In this document: positions 23,644 through 34,513 of the stretch, piece after piece | Layout of the letters: the number at the start of each line of letters is the position of its first letter | Position numbering within the stretch: the stretch's first letter is position 1 | NCBI GenBank assembly: GCA_013115125.1 | Contig: JABANN010000283.1 | Span: 1-42,979, forward strand | Reading direction: 5' to 3' | Source of the DNA: Perkinsus olseni | Taxonomy: Eukaryota | Length of the DNA stretch: 42,979 nucleotides | Position numbers and translations under genes: made by a program | Notes under the pieces: generated by a model | The model's input: only the letters and a program-made list of their open reading frames with translations | What the model was told of the DNA's origin: nothing | Database searches by the model: none

Positions 23644-24595
23644 ATAGCACGTCAGAAAGAAGGCTGGCAGAATGAAGGCAGCGCAAATTCCAAATTCAAG
23701 AAGGGCGGCGTTCCGGAAATGGAGAAATGCCCTTTGAACTCCAGGGAATGCGCAATGTTGACGAGTGGCGGCCTTCCTTCGAATCCGCAGCTCTTTTGCG
23801 GCAACAATGCGGTGAGTTCGCTTGTAGAACTGTCTAGGGATGGCCAGTCAGTTAGCCGGACTGTTGGCTCATGGCGTTTACGAAGCAATCGAAACTCCGC
23901 GTGGAGGTACGCAACATCAGACTCGGGACATGATCTCTACGACGTTATCGGAGGTAACACACAATCAGACTGTTACACGAGCAGAGCTATATACTGCCCA
24001 TGTATGCCACCTTCCATGTGGAACCCCGATATGCAGCACCGCGTCTGGGATGCGAAGTACTCAAAGGGAGGCCTCTTCAAGTTGAAGGTCACGTCGCGAT
24101 CAATTCCGCAGGTAGGATGAACAATCCCGTTAAAGAGCCTTGAAGTCATTCGACGCCAAGAAAGACGCTCTCACTGAAGATGGAATACGTATTTGAAGGA
24201 TGTGACGGAAACCTACACACCAGTTCGGCTGAAATCAACCTAACCGCGAAAGGGAGCGCGGAGGCCCAAACTCGATCCATTGCCGATGAGGGTATCTAAT
24301 GATCTTCGGCGATCGCTCAACACTGGATTGTCCACTACCAACTGGATGACAGCAGCGTAACAGCTCAACACACTCTCTATAGATCACGATGACGCTTAGG
24401 ACGATGACGATGTTAAAAATAGGAGAGGATATCAAATGGAGAACAGGAGTAGACTCTGGGGTACGGCGTCCCATCGTATTTCAAAACGTTCATTCACTAC
24501 ATGACCTATCTGATAAGAAATAAAAATAATAATCGAGAAATCACAGTAGATATCATGAGAGGCACTATCACATTAGGAAACACTACTCATAGAAG

Positions 24596-26848
24596 TCAAT
24601 CATCCTTCGCCATGTCCAGAATGGAGTGGAACTCGTCATGAGCATTAGGTCTGAGGGCCTTCACTCTACCTTTGATCTCATCGAGGAAGTTCCAGGCCAA
24701 GACCACCACAATTAGATCAGATTTCTCATTCTGCAGGGCGGCCTTCGGTTCATAGACCATCAGACCCTTGATGCCGGGGACTTGAAGGCCGGCCTTCCTC
24801 GGGTTATCATCAACAACATAAGCCAATTCATTACTGACACCGGCAAAGTTGAGGAGGACAACTGCCTTAGCCGCTGCACCATAAGCGACAACCTTACGGC
24901 CCTCCATCCACCACTCACGAAGGCGCCGGAGGAAGCTCGTCGCCCGAGTTTTGGCAAAATCAGCGAAGTGCTCGTAGGCACCAATGCTGTAGATGCCTCT
25001 ACCCTCCTCTTCAGTGAGTTCACTCTTGACCGAGTCCTCGACGAGTTCCATCCGGACACCTTTCCTCAGGCAGAAGATATAGGAAGTACCATGGATGCTG
25101 GGCTTGGTGACACGTACCACAGTAAAGCCGCACCTCTCAGACAAGACGACCATGGACTTGGTAGAGAAGAAGGACTGATGCTCATGATAAATCGTGTCGA
25201 ACTCCCCTTTGGCAACTATGTCGGCCTGACTGGTCTGTATGTAGAGCCTCGACTCATCGCTCATCACCTCCGAGCAGGCTTGCAGGAACTCCGCTGGCTT
25301 TGCAACGTGAGCGAAAACATTCTGAGCGGTCAAAGCATCGACGACACCAATCTGTCGAGCAACTTGAGGGGACCAATAATCACAGATAGCGCGATGGCCT
25401 TTCTTGATGGTGACTTCACTCATCAGATTCACAGCAGGATCGACACCAACAGTCTTCCATCCGCGCTGTTTGAAGTAGTCCAACAGAGTGCCGTCATTAC
25501 ACCCGACATCAAGGACAATACCATCCGACTTCCCAACATCCTTCGTTACCATATCAGCGAACCAGGCCGAATATTTGGCCAAAGTTGTCGAAGTACCCGA
25601 CACGTACACATAGTCGCGGAAGAGGATATCCGGGTTGACAACATGAGCCAATTGCAGATGCCAGCAATGCTCACAAATCTTCACTTGAAGAGGGAACGAC
25701 TTGACATCCTCAGAATTAACGGGATGGAAGCTGTTAGCGGGCGGTTGAGTACCCAAGTCAAGGACCAGTTTGAGATCAGCTTGACCGCAACAGCGGCACT
25801 CCTTGACTTTAGTACACTCGAATGCCTTGGCATCCCTAATCTCGGTGTATCGGTCGGCGAGCCGAGGTCCAGCCAGAATGATGTCATCCCAATTGTCTCT
25901 GATCTCCTTGCAGATACTCTCAGCCGTGCCAATAAACTTGAAGGAGGGTATGGCTTTGAGGAACTTATCAGTCGAGACGCAAAAGTCGTAGGTCGTCTTG
26001 GTGAACTTCTCGTTACCCTGAGTACCGGGGACTAGCTGTTCGCGTACCAAAGGGACATTGAAGAAGTCCGACACCCTCTTGCCGAATTCATAGACCGTAT
26101 GCTGAACGCTCGCGAGATTGTACAAACCCGGCTCGGGCTGATGCTCGATTATAGCGCCAACAGCCCGGCATAGGTCCTCAAGGGCAAGAACTGGTCGATG
26201 CACATGTTCCACAAAGATACCAACTTTCTTCCGAGTGAGGGCCGAGTAAGCCATAGCATTGACCATAACATCACTACGCAGGTTCAATGACCATCCACAT
26301 ACTGTACCCATGCGCACACCATATATCTTATCCTTGGAACCTCTATGAGAGATATAATACTGAGAAACAAGATCCATAGACTTCTTGCATATATCATAAT
26401 AATTGTGGCCTCTGTACTCGCTGTAATCCTCGTCGACCATACCAGTAGTATCACCATAGACGCTGGAGCTGCTCGCGTAAATTACGACTTGCCCTTCTGG
26501 ACGCTTAGCGCTCAGGAAGCGCGACAGATTATAGACACTATTAGAGATAGCACCAAAAGCAGTAGTGCAGGAACGAACAGAAGGGTTGCCAGCCATCAAG
26601 ATAGCGACATCCTTGTCCGCACACTGTTTCTCGTAGTCACAATCATCTCGATTCGTGTACTCAATCTCCTCAATACCAGCTCTCTTTAGCGCGAGCAAAA
26701 TCTGAGAGTTATCATGATCCACAACAGTGACATGACACCCTTGATGATGCAGGTAAAGAGCGAGACGGCTCCCAATGAAGCCGCCACCACCATAGATAAT
26801 AACACGGAGATTTTTGGGAGAACCGGGGTAAGAGAGAGCGGCTAGCAT
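24596..26848 (-). CDS. NAD-dependent sugar epimerase/dehydratase fused to SAM-dependent NDP-hexose C-methyltransferase, copy A (750 aa)
   Basis: Extended-SDR motifs: GGGGFIG, YASSSSVYG, YDICK (YxxxK). C-methyltransferase motifs: Zn-site CRCC...CEHC, LGTQPPANSF, DVGCNDGTLL (SAM), NVFAHV, FDTIYHEH, IHGTS, AYGAAAKA, VDDNPRKAG, as in TcaB9/TylC3/EryBIII-type enzymes. No coding introns. Confidence 0.9.
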   Translation of the reverse strand: MLAALSYPGSPKNLRVIIYGGGGFIGSRLALYLHHQGCHVTVVDHDNSQILLALKRAGIEEIEYTNRDDCDYEKQCADKDVAILMAGNPSVRSCTTAFGAISNSVYNLSRFLSAKRPEGQVVIYASSSSVYGDTTGMVDEDYSEYRGHNYYDICKKSMDLVSQYYISHRGSKDKIYGVRMGTVCGWSLNLRSDVMVNAMAYSALTRKKVGIFVEHVHRPVLALEDLCRAVGAIIEHQPEPGLYNLASVQHTVYEFGKRVSDFFNVPLVREQLVPGTQGNEKFTKTTYDFCVSTDKFLKAIPSFKFIGTAESICKEIRDNWDDIILAGPRLADRYTEIRDAKAFECTKVKECRCCGQADLKLVLDLGTQPPANSFHPVNSEDVKSFPLQVKICEHCWHLQLAHVVNPDILFRDYVYVSGTSTTLAKYSAWFADMVTKDVGKSDGIVLDVGCNDGTLLDYFKQRGWKTVGVDPAVNLMSEVTIKKGHRAICDYWSPQVARQIGVVDALTAQNVFAHVAKPAEFLQACSEVMSDESRLYIQTSQADIVAKGEFDTIYHEHQSFFSTKSMVVLSERCGFTVVRVTKPSIHGTSYIFCLRKGVRMELVEDSVKSELTEEEGRGIYSIGAYEHFADFAKTRATSFLRRLREWWMEGRKVVAYGAAAKAVVLLNFAGVSNELAYVVDDNPRKAGLQVPGIKGLMVYEPKAALQNEKSDLIVVVLAWNFLDEIKGRVKALRPNAHDEFHSILDMAKDD

Positions 26849-27610
26849 TTCCCAGAGACCTCAAAACTGGTAGGAAACTGAAATAACAACCACGATAGTA
26901 CAAGAAACACGGGACGCGACTATCTTGCTCAGACCCCCGGGAATGAGGTCTCATCTTCTTATAAAACCCGAAGAAGGCCTCGACTAGTGAGTGGACCTGA
27001 CTGCGTCGCATCACCCGTTCCCCGAACCCTACTGAACAAGCACGCACTCCCTAACTTCGTGACAAAATCTCCACGCTAGAAATACTAGAGCGATTCGATG
27101 ATGCGCACACAATGAGCACTAACGCTAGACGGGTTTCATTCAACTGGTCTAGCTTGTTTATATCGAAATGATCACCGCGTATGTACGCAACTCACAAACG
27201 GATTCTGTTGCGTTCAATAAGTCTTAGAGGTGCTCAGCGAGACTCCTCATTCGCCTCTTAGAGAAGCATCTGAACGTGGGAAGGGATCCCTAGCTCTGCG
27301 TTGAGAAGGGAAAATGGAGCACATATTCCGCGTCAGGCAATGAATCGGCTCACAAAATCTAGACTGTCTCCACGCGCTCACGGGAAGACATACACGCCTC
27401 GATGGTTGAACCTCAGGCACGCTTCTAAGATGCGTTGGGGAGTGAGAAGCGATGAGAGCTCCAACCTTCGCTCAATCTACGTCATTCATCTCATCGATTA
27501 CTACAAACGGTAAAAGTGCACCCCGGTCTACTTGGGCGATTACTAACGCAAGAAACACGGTTTTGGATTGACACAACACACTAGCTTCGAGTACTCGTCA
27601 TGAGAATCAA

Positions 27611-28728
27611 TCATGAGAACAACTTTCTGCCCAAACCAGCGTTCCACGCTTTGGGCGGCGGTCTACCGGCTACTATACTATCCCTGCGGCAGAGGGGGCT
27701 GCGGTGGCAGCGAAGATTAGTGGGAGTGAAGTCTCTCATTGAAGCGCTGCAAGCCCTCGTCCGTGTGTGCGATGTTTCTACCGACGGCTGCATCGCCGAC
27801 CTGTCGCTGCCCAGCGCCTCAAGCAGCTCATGGCTGCTGCCCAGGGCTCTGCTTCTGTACGTCCGTGGTGTCGACGCTATAGACCGCGGCGATCCAATTT
27901 CACTGCTACCACCGCGATCGCCGATGGGAATGCGAGAGATGCGATCTCGATCGCGGAAGGACTTCACTACGGAAGATCCACGAACACTCCTTGGGGTATC
28001 GCTCTGAGTTGCCGCGGCCGATCCAGTCCACTTTTCTAAACTTGATCTGAAAGTCCTAGCTGCATACCGGACAGGAGATTCGCCTCTGACTTTTAACGGG
28101 ATAAGGGTGTCCTGGTCTGGGCGAACCACAGTGGAGTCCTCATGCCTGCCTCTAGCGCTCATGCTTCTACCAGTAGGCGACCAACCGATATCAGCAATGC
28201 TTGCCACCTTTGGCACATGCTCACAACGAGGCATTGAGTGCAGCATCTCCTGACGCGCCGAGTCCGCGCTAACAAATCGTCGGCGGGACGACGTCACACG
28301 GCGTTGTGTGCCGGGGTCGGTCAGATGTCTCCTTCCCCCACGATGCAAGCTATCGCGTCCATCGACCCTTGCGCTGACACAAGGCGTGGAATTAGACGTG
28401 CTCGAGCAAATGGAAGGGGTTCCTTCTTTGAAGGTTAGAAGTTGCTTAGCAACTCGGCTGCTCATTTGCTCTGAGTAACTACACATTGTGAGCATCAGTG
28501 ACCGGCCCAAGGCCGAGGGAGGAGAGGGACCTACACTTCCCGAGAGACGTTGCGCACGTCAAGGGGGGGGACCCTAGGACGCACTGCTGCAGGGCGATTC
28601 CTCGTCTCCTGACCGATCTTGCTAGCGACAATTTCAGGCTTCGAGTCCATGTGGGTCATGAAGATGGATGAGCTCATCATGGAGCGACGGTAATACTCCC
28701 GACTTGGAGTTGAGCCGTCCATGACCAT
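27611..28728 (-). CDS. Hypothetical Ser/Arg-rich, probably disordered protein (2 exons)
   Basis: ORF 28728-28535 joins 28478-27611 in frame through a 56-nt GT-AG intron (28479-28534). No domain was recognised. Confidence 0.6.
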
Positions 28729-28953
28729 TTCTTAGGGAGAGAAATTCACTACCGATAAAGTGTAGCGTGGATAAAAGCCGCCGAGACTAGTCGTGGAGGA
28801 CTGGCACCAGGCTTCGCCGGGGTCTCGGGTTGTCATCAAGACGACAGGAGACAAGGAACACAACACTGCCACATCGACTATTCACGCAATGATGAAACGC
28901 GATTTGAGGTTGACGCAATGCTACGCCTGGGAACTAAACAACAGACACGGTCA

Positions 28954-31233
28954 TCACAGCTTGCTTCGAGGAGGGGTCTGCTTCGGCCTAGCCATGTCCA
29001 AGATAGAGTGGAACTCGTCATGAGCATTAGGTCTGAGGGCCTTCACTCTGCCTTTGATCTCATCGAGGAAGTTCCAGGCCAAGACCACCACAATTAGATC
29101 AGATTTTTCATTCTGAAGGGCGGCCTTCGGTTCATAGACCATCAGACCCTTGATGCCGGGGACTTGAAGGCCGGCCTTCCTCGGGTTATCATCAACAACA
29201 TAAGCCAGTTCATTACTGACACCGGCAAAGTTGAGAAGGACAACTGCCTTAGCCGCTGCACCATAAGCGACAACCTTACGGCCCTCCATCCACCACTCAC
29301 GAAGGCGCCGGAGGAAGCTCGTCGCCCGAGTTTTGGCAAAATCAGCGAAGTGCTCGTAGGCACCAATGCCGTAGATGCCTCTACCCTCCTCTTTAGTGAG
29401 TTCACTCCTGACCGAGTCCTCGACGATCTCCATCCGGACACCTTTCCTCAGGCAGAAAATATAGGAAGTACCATGGATGCTGGGCTTGGTGACACGTACC
29501 ACAGTAAAGCCGCACCTCTCAGACAAAACGACCATGGACTTGGTAGAGAAGAAGGACTGATGCTCATGATAAATCGTGTCGAACTCCCCTTTGGCAACTA
29601 TGTCGGCCTGACTGGTCTGTATGTAGAGCCTCGACTCATCGCTCATCACCTCCGAGCAGGCTTGCAGGAACTCCGCTGGCTTTGCAACGTGAGCGAAAAC
29701 ATTCTGAGCGGTCACAGCATCGACCAAACCAATCTGTCGAGCAACTTGAGGGGACCAATAATCACAGATAGCGCGATGGCCTTTCTTGATGGTGACTTCA
29801 CTCATCAGATTCACAGCAGGATCGACACCAACAGTCTTCCATCCGCGCTGTTTGAAGTAGTCCAACAGAGTGCCATCATTACACCCGACATCAAGGACAA
29901 TACCATCCGACTTCCCAACATCCTTCGTTACCATATCAGCGAACCAGGCCGAATATTTGGCCAAAGTTGTCGAAGTACCCGACACGTACACATAGTCGCG
30001 GAAGAGGATATCCGGGTTGACAACATGAGCCAATTGCAGATGCCAGCAATGCTCACAAATCTTCACTTGAAGAGGGAACGACTTGACATCCTCAGAATTA
30101 ACGGGATGGAAGCTGTTAGCGGGCGGTTGAGTACCCAAGTCAAGGACCAGTTTGAGATCAGCTTGACCGCAACAGCGGCACTCCTTGACCTCGGTACACT
30201 CGAATGCCTTAGCATCCCTTATCTCAGTGTATCGGTCGGCGAGCCGAGGTCCAGCCAGAATAATATCATCCCAGTTGTCTCTGATCTCCTTACAGATACT
30301 CTCAGCAGTGCCAATGAACTTGAAGGAGGGGATGGCTGTGAGGAACTTATCAGTCGAGACGCAAAAGTCGTAGGTCGTCTTGGTGAACTTCTCGTTACCC
30401 TGAGTACCGGGGACTAGCTGTTCGCGTACCAAAGGGACATCAAAGAAGTCCGACACCCTCTTGCCGAATTCATAGACGGTCTTCTGGACACTGGCTAGGT
30501 TGTAAACACCCCCTTGCGGCCTATACATCATAAGCGCCTCGACAGCTCGGCAAAGGTCCTCAAGGGCAAGAACTGGTCGATGCACATGTTCCACAAAGAT
30601 ACCAACTTTCTTCCGAGTGAGGGCCGAGTAAGCCATAGCATTGACCATAACATCACTACGCAGGTTCAATGACCATCCACATACTGTACCAAAGCGTAGT
30701 CCGTAGACCTTCTCAGTGCCGCCACTCTCTCTGATGTAGTGCTCTGCGATCAGATCCATGGACTTCTTAGATATATCATAGTAGTTGTGGCCCTTATACT
30801 TGCAGTACTCCTCGTCAACGACATTATCACTGGTGTCACCGTACACGCTCGAGCTGCTGGCGTAGATCAAGACTTGACCCTTCGGCCGCTTGCAGGCGAG
30901 GAACCGAGACAAGTTCCCGACAGTATTTCCCATTGTGCCACGGACACTGCTGCACGAGCGTACTGAAGGCATTCCTGCCATCATTATCACTACGTCCTTG
31001 TCCTTCACGTCAGCCTCGAAATCACACTCCTCCTTGCTGGCGTACTTTATCACCTGTATACCCGCCTGTTTGAGTGCGATCAGTATTTGTGAGTTGTCGT
31101 GGTCTACCGCTGTGACGTGACAGCCCTTATGATGGAGGTAGAGGGCTAGTCTGCTGCCGATGAAACCAGCACCACCGTAAATGATGACCCTCGGCGTTCT
31201 CGCAGGAGTAACAGCGGAGAGACTCGACAGCAT
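28954..31233 (-). CDS. Epimerase/dehydratase - C-methyltransferase fusion, copy B (759 aa, C-terminal SKL)
   Basis: Same motifs as copy A (GGAGFIG, YDISK, CRCC, DVGCNDG, IYHEH). It ends RPKQTPPRSKL-stop. Confidence 0.9.
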   Translation of the reverse strand: MLSSLSAVTPARTPRVIIYGGAGFIGSRLALYLHHKGCHVTAVDHDNSQILIALKQAGIQVIKYASKEECDFEADVKDKDVVIMMAGMPSVRSCSSVRGTMGNTVGNLSRFLACKRPKGQVLIYASSSSVYGDTSDNVVDEEYCKYKGHNYYDISKKSMDLIAEHYIRESGGTEKVYGLRFGTVCGWSLNLRSDVMVNAMAYSALTRKKVGIFVEHVHRPVLALEDLCRAVEALMMYRPQGGVYNLASVQKTVYEFGKRVSDFFDVPLVREQLVPGTQGNEKFTKTTYDFCVSTDKFLTAIPSFKFIGTAESICKEIRDNWDDIILAGPRLADRYTEIRDAKAFECTEVKECRCCGQADLKLVLDLGTQPPANSFHPVNSEDVKSFPLQVKICEHCWHLQLAHVVNPDILFRDYVYVSGTSTTLAKYSAWFADMVTKDVGKSDGIVLDVGCNDGTLLDYFKQRGWKTVGVDPAVNLMSEVTIKKGHRAICDYWSPQVARQIGLVDAVTAQNVFAHVAKPAEFLQACSEVMSDESRLYIQTSQADIVAKGEFDTIYHEHQSFFSTKSMVVLSERCGFTVVRVTKPSIHGTSYIFCLRKGVRMEIVEDSVRSELTKEEGRGIYGIGAYEHFADFAKTRATSFLRRLREWWMEGRKVVAYGAAAKAVVLLNFAGVSNELAYVVDDNPRKAGLQVPGIKGLMVYEPKAALQNEKSDLIVVVLAWNFLDEIKGRVKALRPNAHDEFHSILDMARPKQTPPRSKL

Positions 31234-31237
31234 TAGA

Positions 31238-31284
31238 CTGGACGATCACAAAAGTGACAAGATGCTAGATCGTGGAAGACTCAC
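31238..31284 (-). other. Probable 47-nt 5'-UTR intron of fusion copy B
   Basis: GTGAGT...cttgtcacttttgtgatcgtcCAG ends 4 nt upstream of the ATG; the size matches local introns. Confidence 0.55.
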
Positions 31285-31552
31285 CCAAACCCAACATACA
31301 GCAAGAATTCTTCATCCGAGAATCACAACCGAAAACAGACAGCGATCGGACAACGCTGAAAACCACAACGCACCTCGCTTGACTCAGGCTATGCTCCGTG
31401 GTATGGCCTGCACTGATACCGTCGGGGCGATGGAGATGGTGTTATCAAGATTTCTCTGTCCAACAAAGTGCCCCCTTGCATCACCACTTCCCCTCTCTAA
31501 GTACAACAATAAGGGGTGGTGGAAAAATCAAGTTATAACCTATTGTACTACG

Positions 31553-34044
31553 TCACGCAAAAACATCTTCCCGAGCAGCATCATTACTAGTGTGGGCATT
31601 CTCACACTTATCCTGCTTCTCTTCTTCTTTACCCCCGGCCTTCTCCTCCTCTGAAGGGGGCGTCGTGGCTGGCTGTGCTTCCTTCACTTCTGCTATCGCT
31701 AGACTATTCAATAATGTCGCCTTCACGTCGTCCAGCGCTCCCCGTCCCAATGGCTCCTCCATCCGGGCTATGCACCTCACCACAAGATCCCTCCCGTTGT
31801 TCGCCTGTACGCCGTAGTGCAGGAGGATCTCACCAAAGTTGGATATGCTGACCATGTAGGGCTCGTCAGCAGGATCACCCTCTGGCCAACCAGCCCGTTT
31901 CTTCTGTTCATCCATGCAGCTGTTAGCGATGGCCCAGAGGAGTATGTCCTCCCAGATCATTACCCGACTCCATATCGGATGGTAGTACAGTTCTTGCATG
32001 AGACTGTGCCTCTTACCATCCTCCTTCACTGCAGATATCCTCAGACTGACTCCGGCGATCTGGCCAGCGGTCTCGCCGTCCATCTGCTGGTCGGCCAAGT
32101 CCAGAGCCACTCCACAGGTCTTTGCCAGAGCCAGCAGCGACGTCATACCTCCCTCTAGCACGGCCTTCCGGTGAGCCTTCGACCGAAGCTTCTTACAAAA
32201 CTCCATACGAACCGTGTAGTCTCGGAGACCATCCACCAGCTCCTTCGAGTCGTCGGGCGCTGCCGCTCCGGTCCATACAGATTCTATAAACTCATCGCAC
32301 TGTGACACGGTCGCTGCTCGCGACTCCTCGCCAGCAGATCCATTGGACTCCTCCGGTGGATCGGGCCGTTCCTTAGATGGATGCAAGCTCTGCTGCAACC
32401 GCAACCACGGCAGCACTTCGACTTTTTCAAGCAGCGTCGCGCGCCCTACTCCGCCCTTGATAGCCTGAGCTCGCTTGGCATACCTATCCCGAGCGAACTG
32501 GCCCGTGTCCCCTTCAGGATCCACTGCCTCCGCGCCCGGTATTGCCTGGTTTAAATCATACTCAACATTACGGATCCACGCCGCGTCGTAGACAAGAGTC
32601 TTCCTCAGCGCATCCTTAAAACAGCGCTCACGCTTCACCTCCATGTCTTGCAACGCGTCCATAATGATATCCATGTGGACCACGAACCTCTGCCGCTCAG
32701 TATTCACCTTATGGACGGCCTTTCTGTAGTCCTCCTCGCAGCCCGAAGCGAGCCTAGCAGCCTCAGCCGCAGTCACAGCGAGTCTCAGCCTGCTACTGGG
32801 ATCGTGAGTAGTATCAGCTGCCAGATCCCTCATGAGATGGTCCGCTCTCTGGGCAGCATCATCATACCTCAGTACCGTCTCGTCATGGAGCCTATACTGT
32901 TCTTGCAGGCTGGCCGCCAGTTTCATACCGTCCACTCGAATACGCTGGTACACCTGTCCGTGCTGCTTCAGCGTCCCTCCCAACGAGGGCACCACCTCCC
33001 CTGCCAGATCACCGGCCAGCTGCCTCGACTGCTCGGCCCTATGCATGACGCTGCCAATGTACCCTTCAAAAGCACTCGAGGCCGTCTCTGAGCCAGGAAT
33101 TGCGGCGTTAGGAGTCACGACGGCCTCCTTGGCCTTCCGTGCTAGTCGTTCCAAGCTGGCAGCATAGCTCCTCTCCACGTTCGCCCTCTCCTCAAGCTGA
33201 AACGTAACGGTTACACCACGAGGGGATGCACAGTGACTTGTACTACCATTATCCGGAGCCTGTCACATAGCCTGTGACTCTGCTCCAGCCGTTCGCATAC
33301 TCCGGGGAAGTCATCGATAAGAAGGTCCTTGAACTTACTGCCAGTAGTCGAGAGTTGCTTGTCATCACCATTCATTGAGGCAGCTGAAGACAAGGAGAAA
33401 CTTCCCTCGCGGGTTGCTGCCCAGAGTGGCGAAGGCCGATCGCCTATTGTATCCCACAGGCCTCCCTCGGCCAACGGCTGCTGGCCCATAAAGCAGAGAG
33501 CAGCACTACTTTGGTTATCGCCAGCGGTCGCTTGGTCATCGGTGTTCTCGGACGGCTTATCGGCAGTGCTTTCGTCTCTGTTGTCAGCGTGAACATCGGC
33601 AACTGAACGGTGCAACAGTTCAGGATGGTAACGGGTAATGATTTTTCAAGTGCTGATAATACGAAACTATGGCCTGGTGAGTGGTACTGTTCACGTCCCA
33701 GTGCTCACCATCGCCCACCAGGCTACCCTGGGAACTAACAGGGACTGCTGTCGCCACTGCTTCCGCCAGATTCTCATGTGCGCCTTTAGTCTGTGTCGGA
33801 GCCTCTGAACACGACGCTTTAGTCCCTGTCCAAAGTCATTCAAGTACCTTCCGACTCAACCTCTGCATTCGTCTCCTCTCCTTGGGCCATCACCGTTGGC
33901 ACCTCTGCAGGTTGCGTGACGGGCCAGCCGAGAGCAGCTGCCAGGTCGGAGTCTAACACACTTGATTGAGAGAAGGCACCCACCGATGACATCACTTCCT
34001 CCCGCCTTCATTTCTGCAGTACCAGTTGGCGGCGAGTCAGCCAT
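31553..34044 (-). CDS. F-BAR (FCH) domain protein, multi-exon
   Basis: LEERANVERSYAASLERLARK (FCH signature) follows the acceptor at 33197. It has long coiled coils, LQDMEVKRERCFKDAL and C-terminal HPIWSRVMIWE. The 5' exons from MADSPPTGTAEM (34044) are approximate. Confidence 0.8.
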
Positions 34045-34513
34045 TGACTAGGTCACTGACGTAAACTGAGAGGAATGCCGTTACGTATTCCCAGAAGCTC
34101 TCAGCCACGCGGACTTGACACCACCCTTTTTTTTGAGTGGAAACGAGATTATACACGTCTGACATGGTAGATTATACGGATCACAAGTGAAACGTTTATC
34201 AACAGCCTTAACCAGCCAAACAGACAGACAAACGCCCGCACCACCCTTGAACTTTGCGATCATCACCGGAAAAGTGCAAATCCAAACTTGCGCTTTGAGC
34301 GGAGCGATGCACTGAAATGCCGTGCAAGTCCAACCGTCTGTGTCCATTCAAGCATTCCTCCAGCGATGGTCGCTCCTCTATTCCTCATAGCAGCGATCGG
34401 TTTCAGTTCGGCTAGGACTAACGTACTACTCTAACGGCAAAGGTGGTGTTTTCCGCATAAAACAGGAAGACCTGCAGCTTGCCGGATGATCGTCGGACTT
34501 GACCCAATCCCCC
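34045..34513. promoter_or_regulatory. Divergent intergenic region (putative bidirectional promoter)
   Basis: About 470 bp between the head-to-head F-BAR and RRP45 start codons; positional evidence only. Confidence 0.35.

Noticed and set aside
24782-30417. Two 417-aa plus-strand ORFs (24782-26035 and 29164-30417) antisense to the fusion genes
   Set aside because: They are shadow frames of the real genes, start at non-ATG codons and have no motifs. Their recurrence only reflects the near-identical duplication.
24596-31233. Bacterial contamination or chimeric contig as the source of the fusion genes
   Set aside because: An intron-containing gene sits between the two copies, the flanks are spliced eukaryotic genes, and there is a leader intron and an SKL tail.
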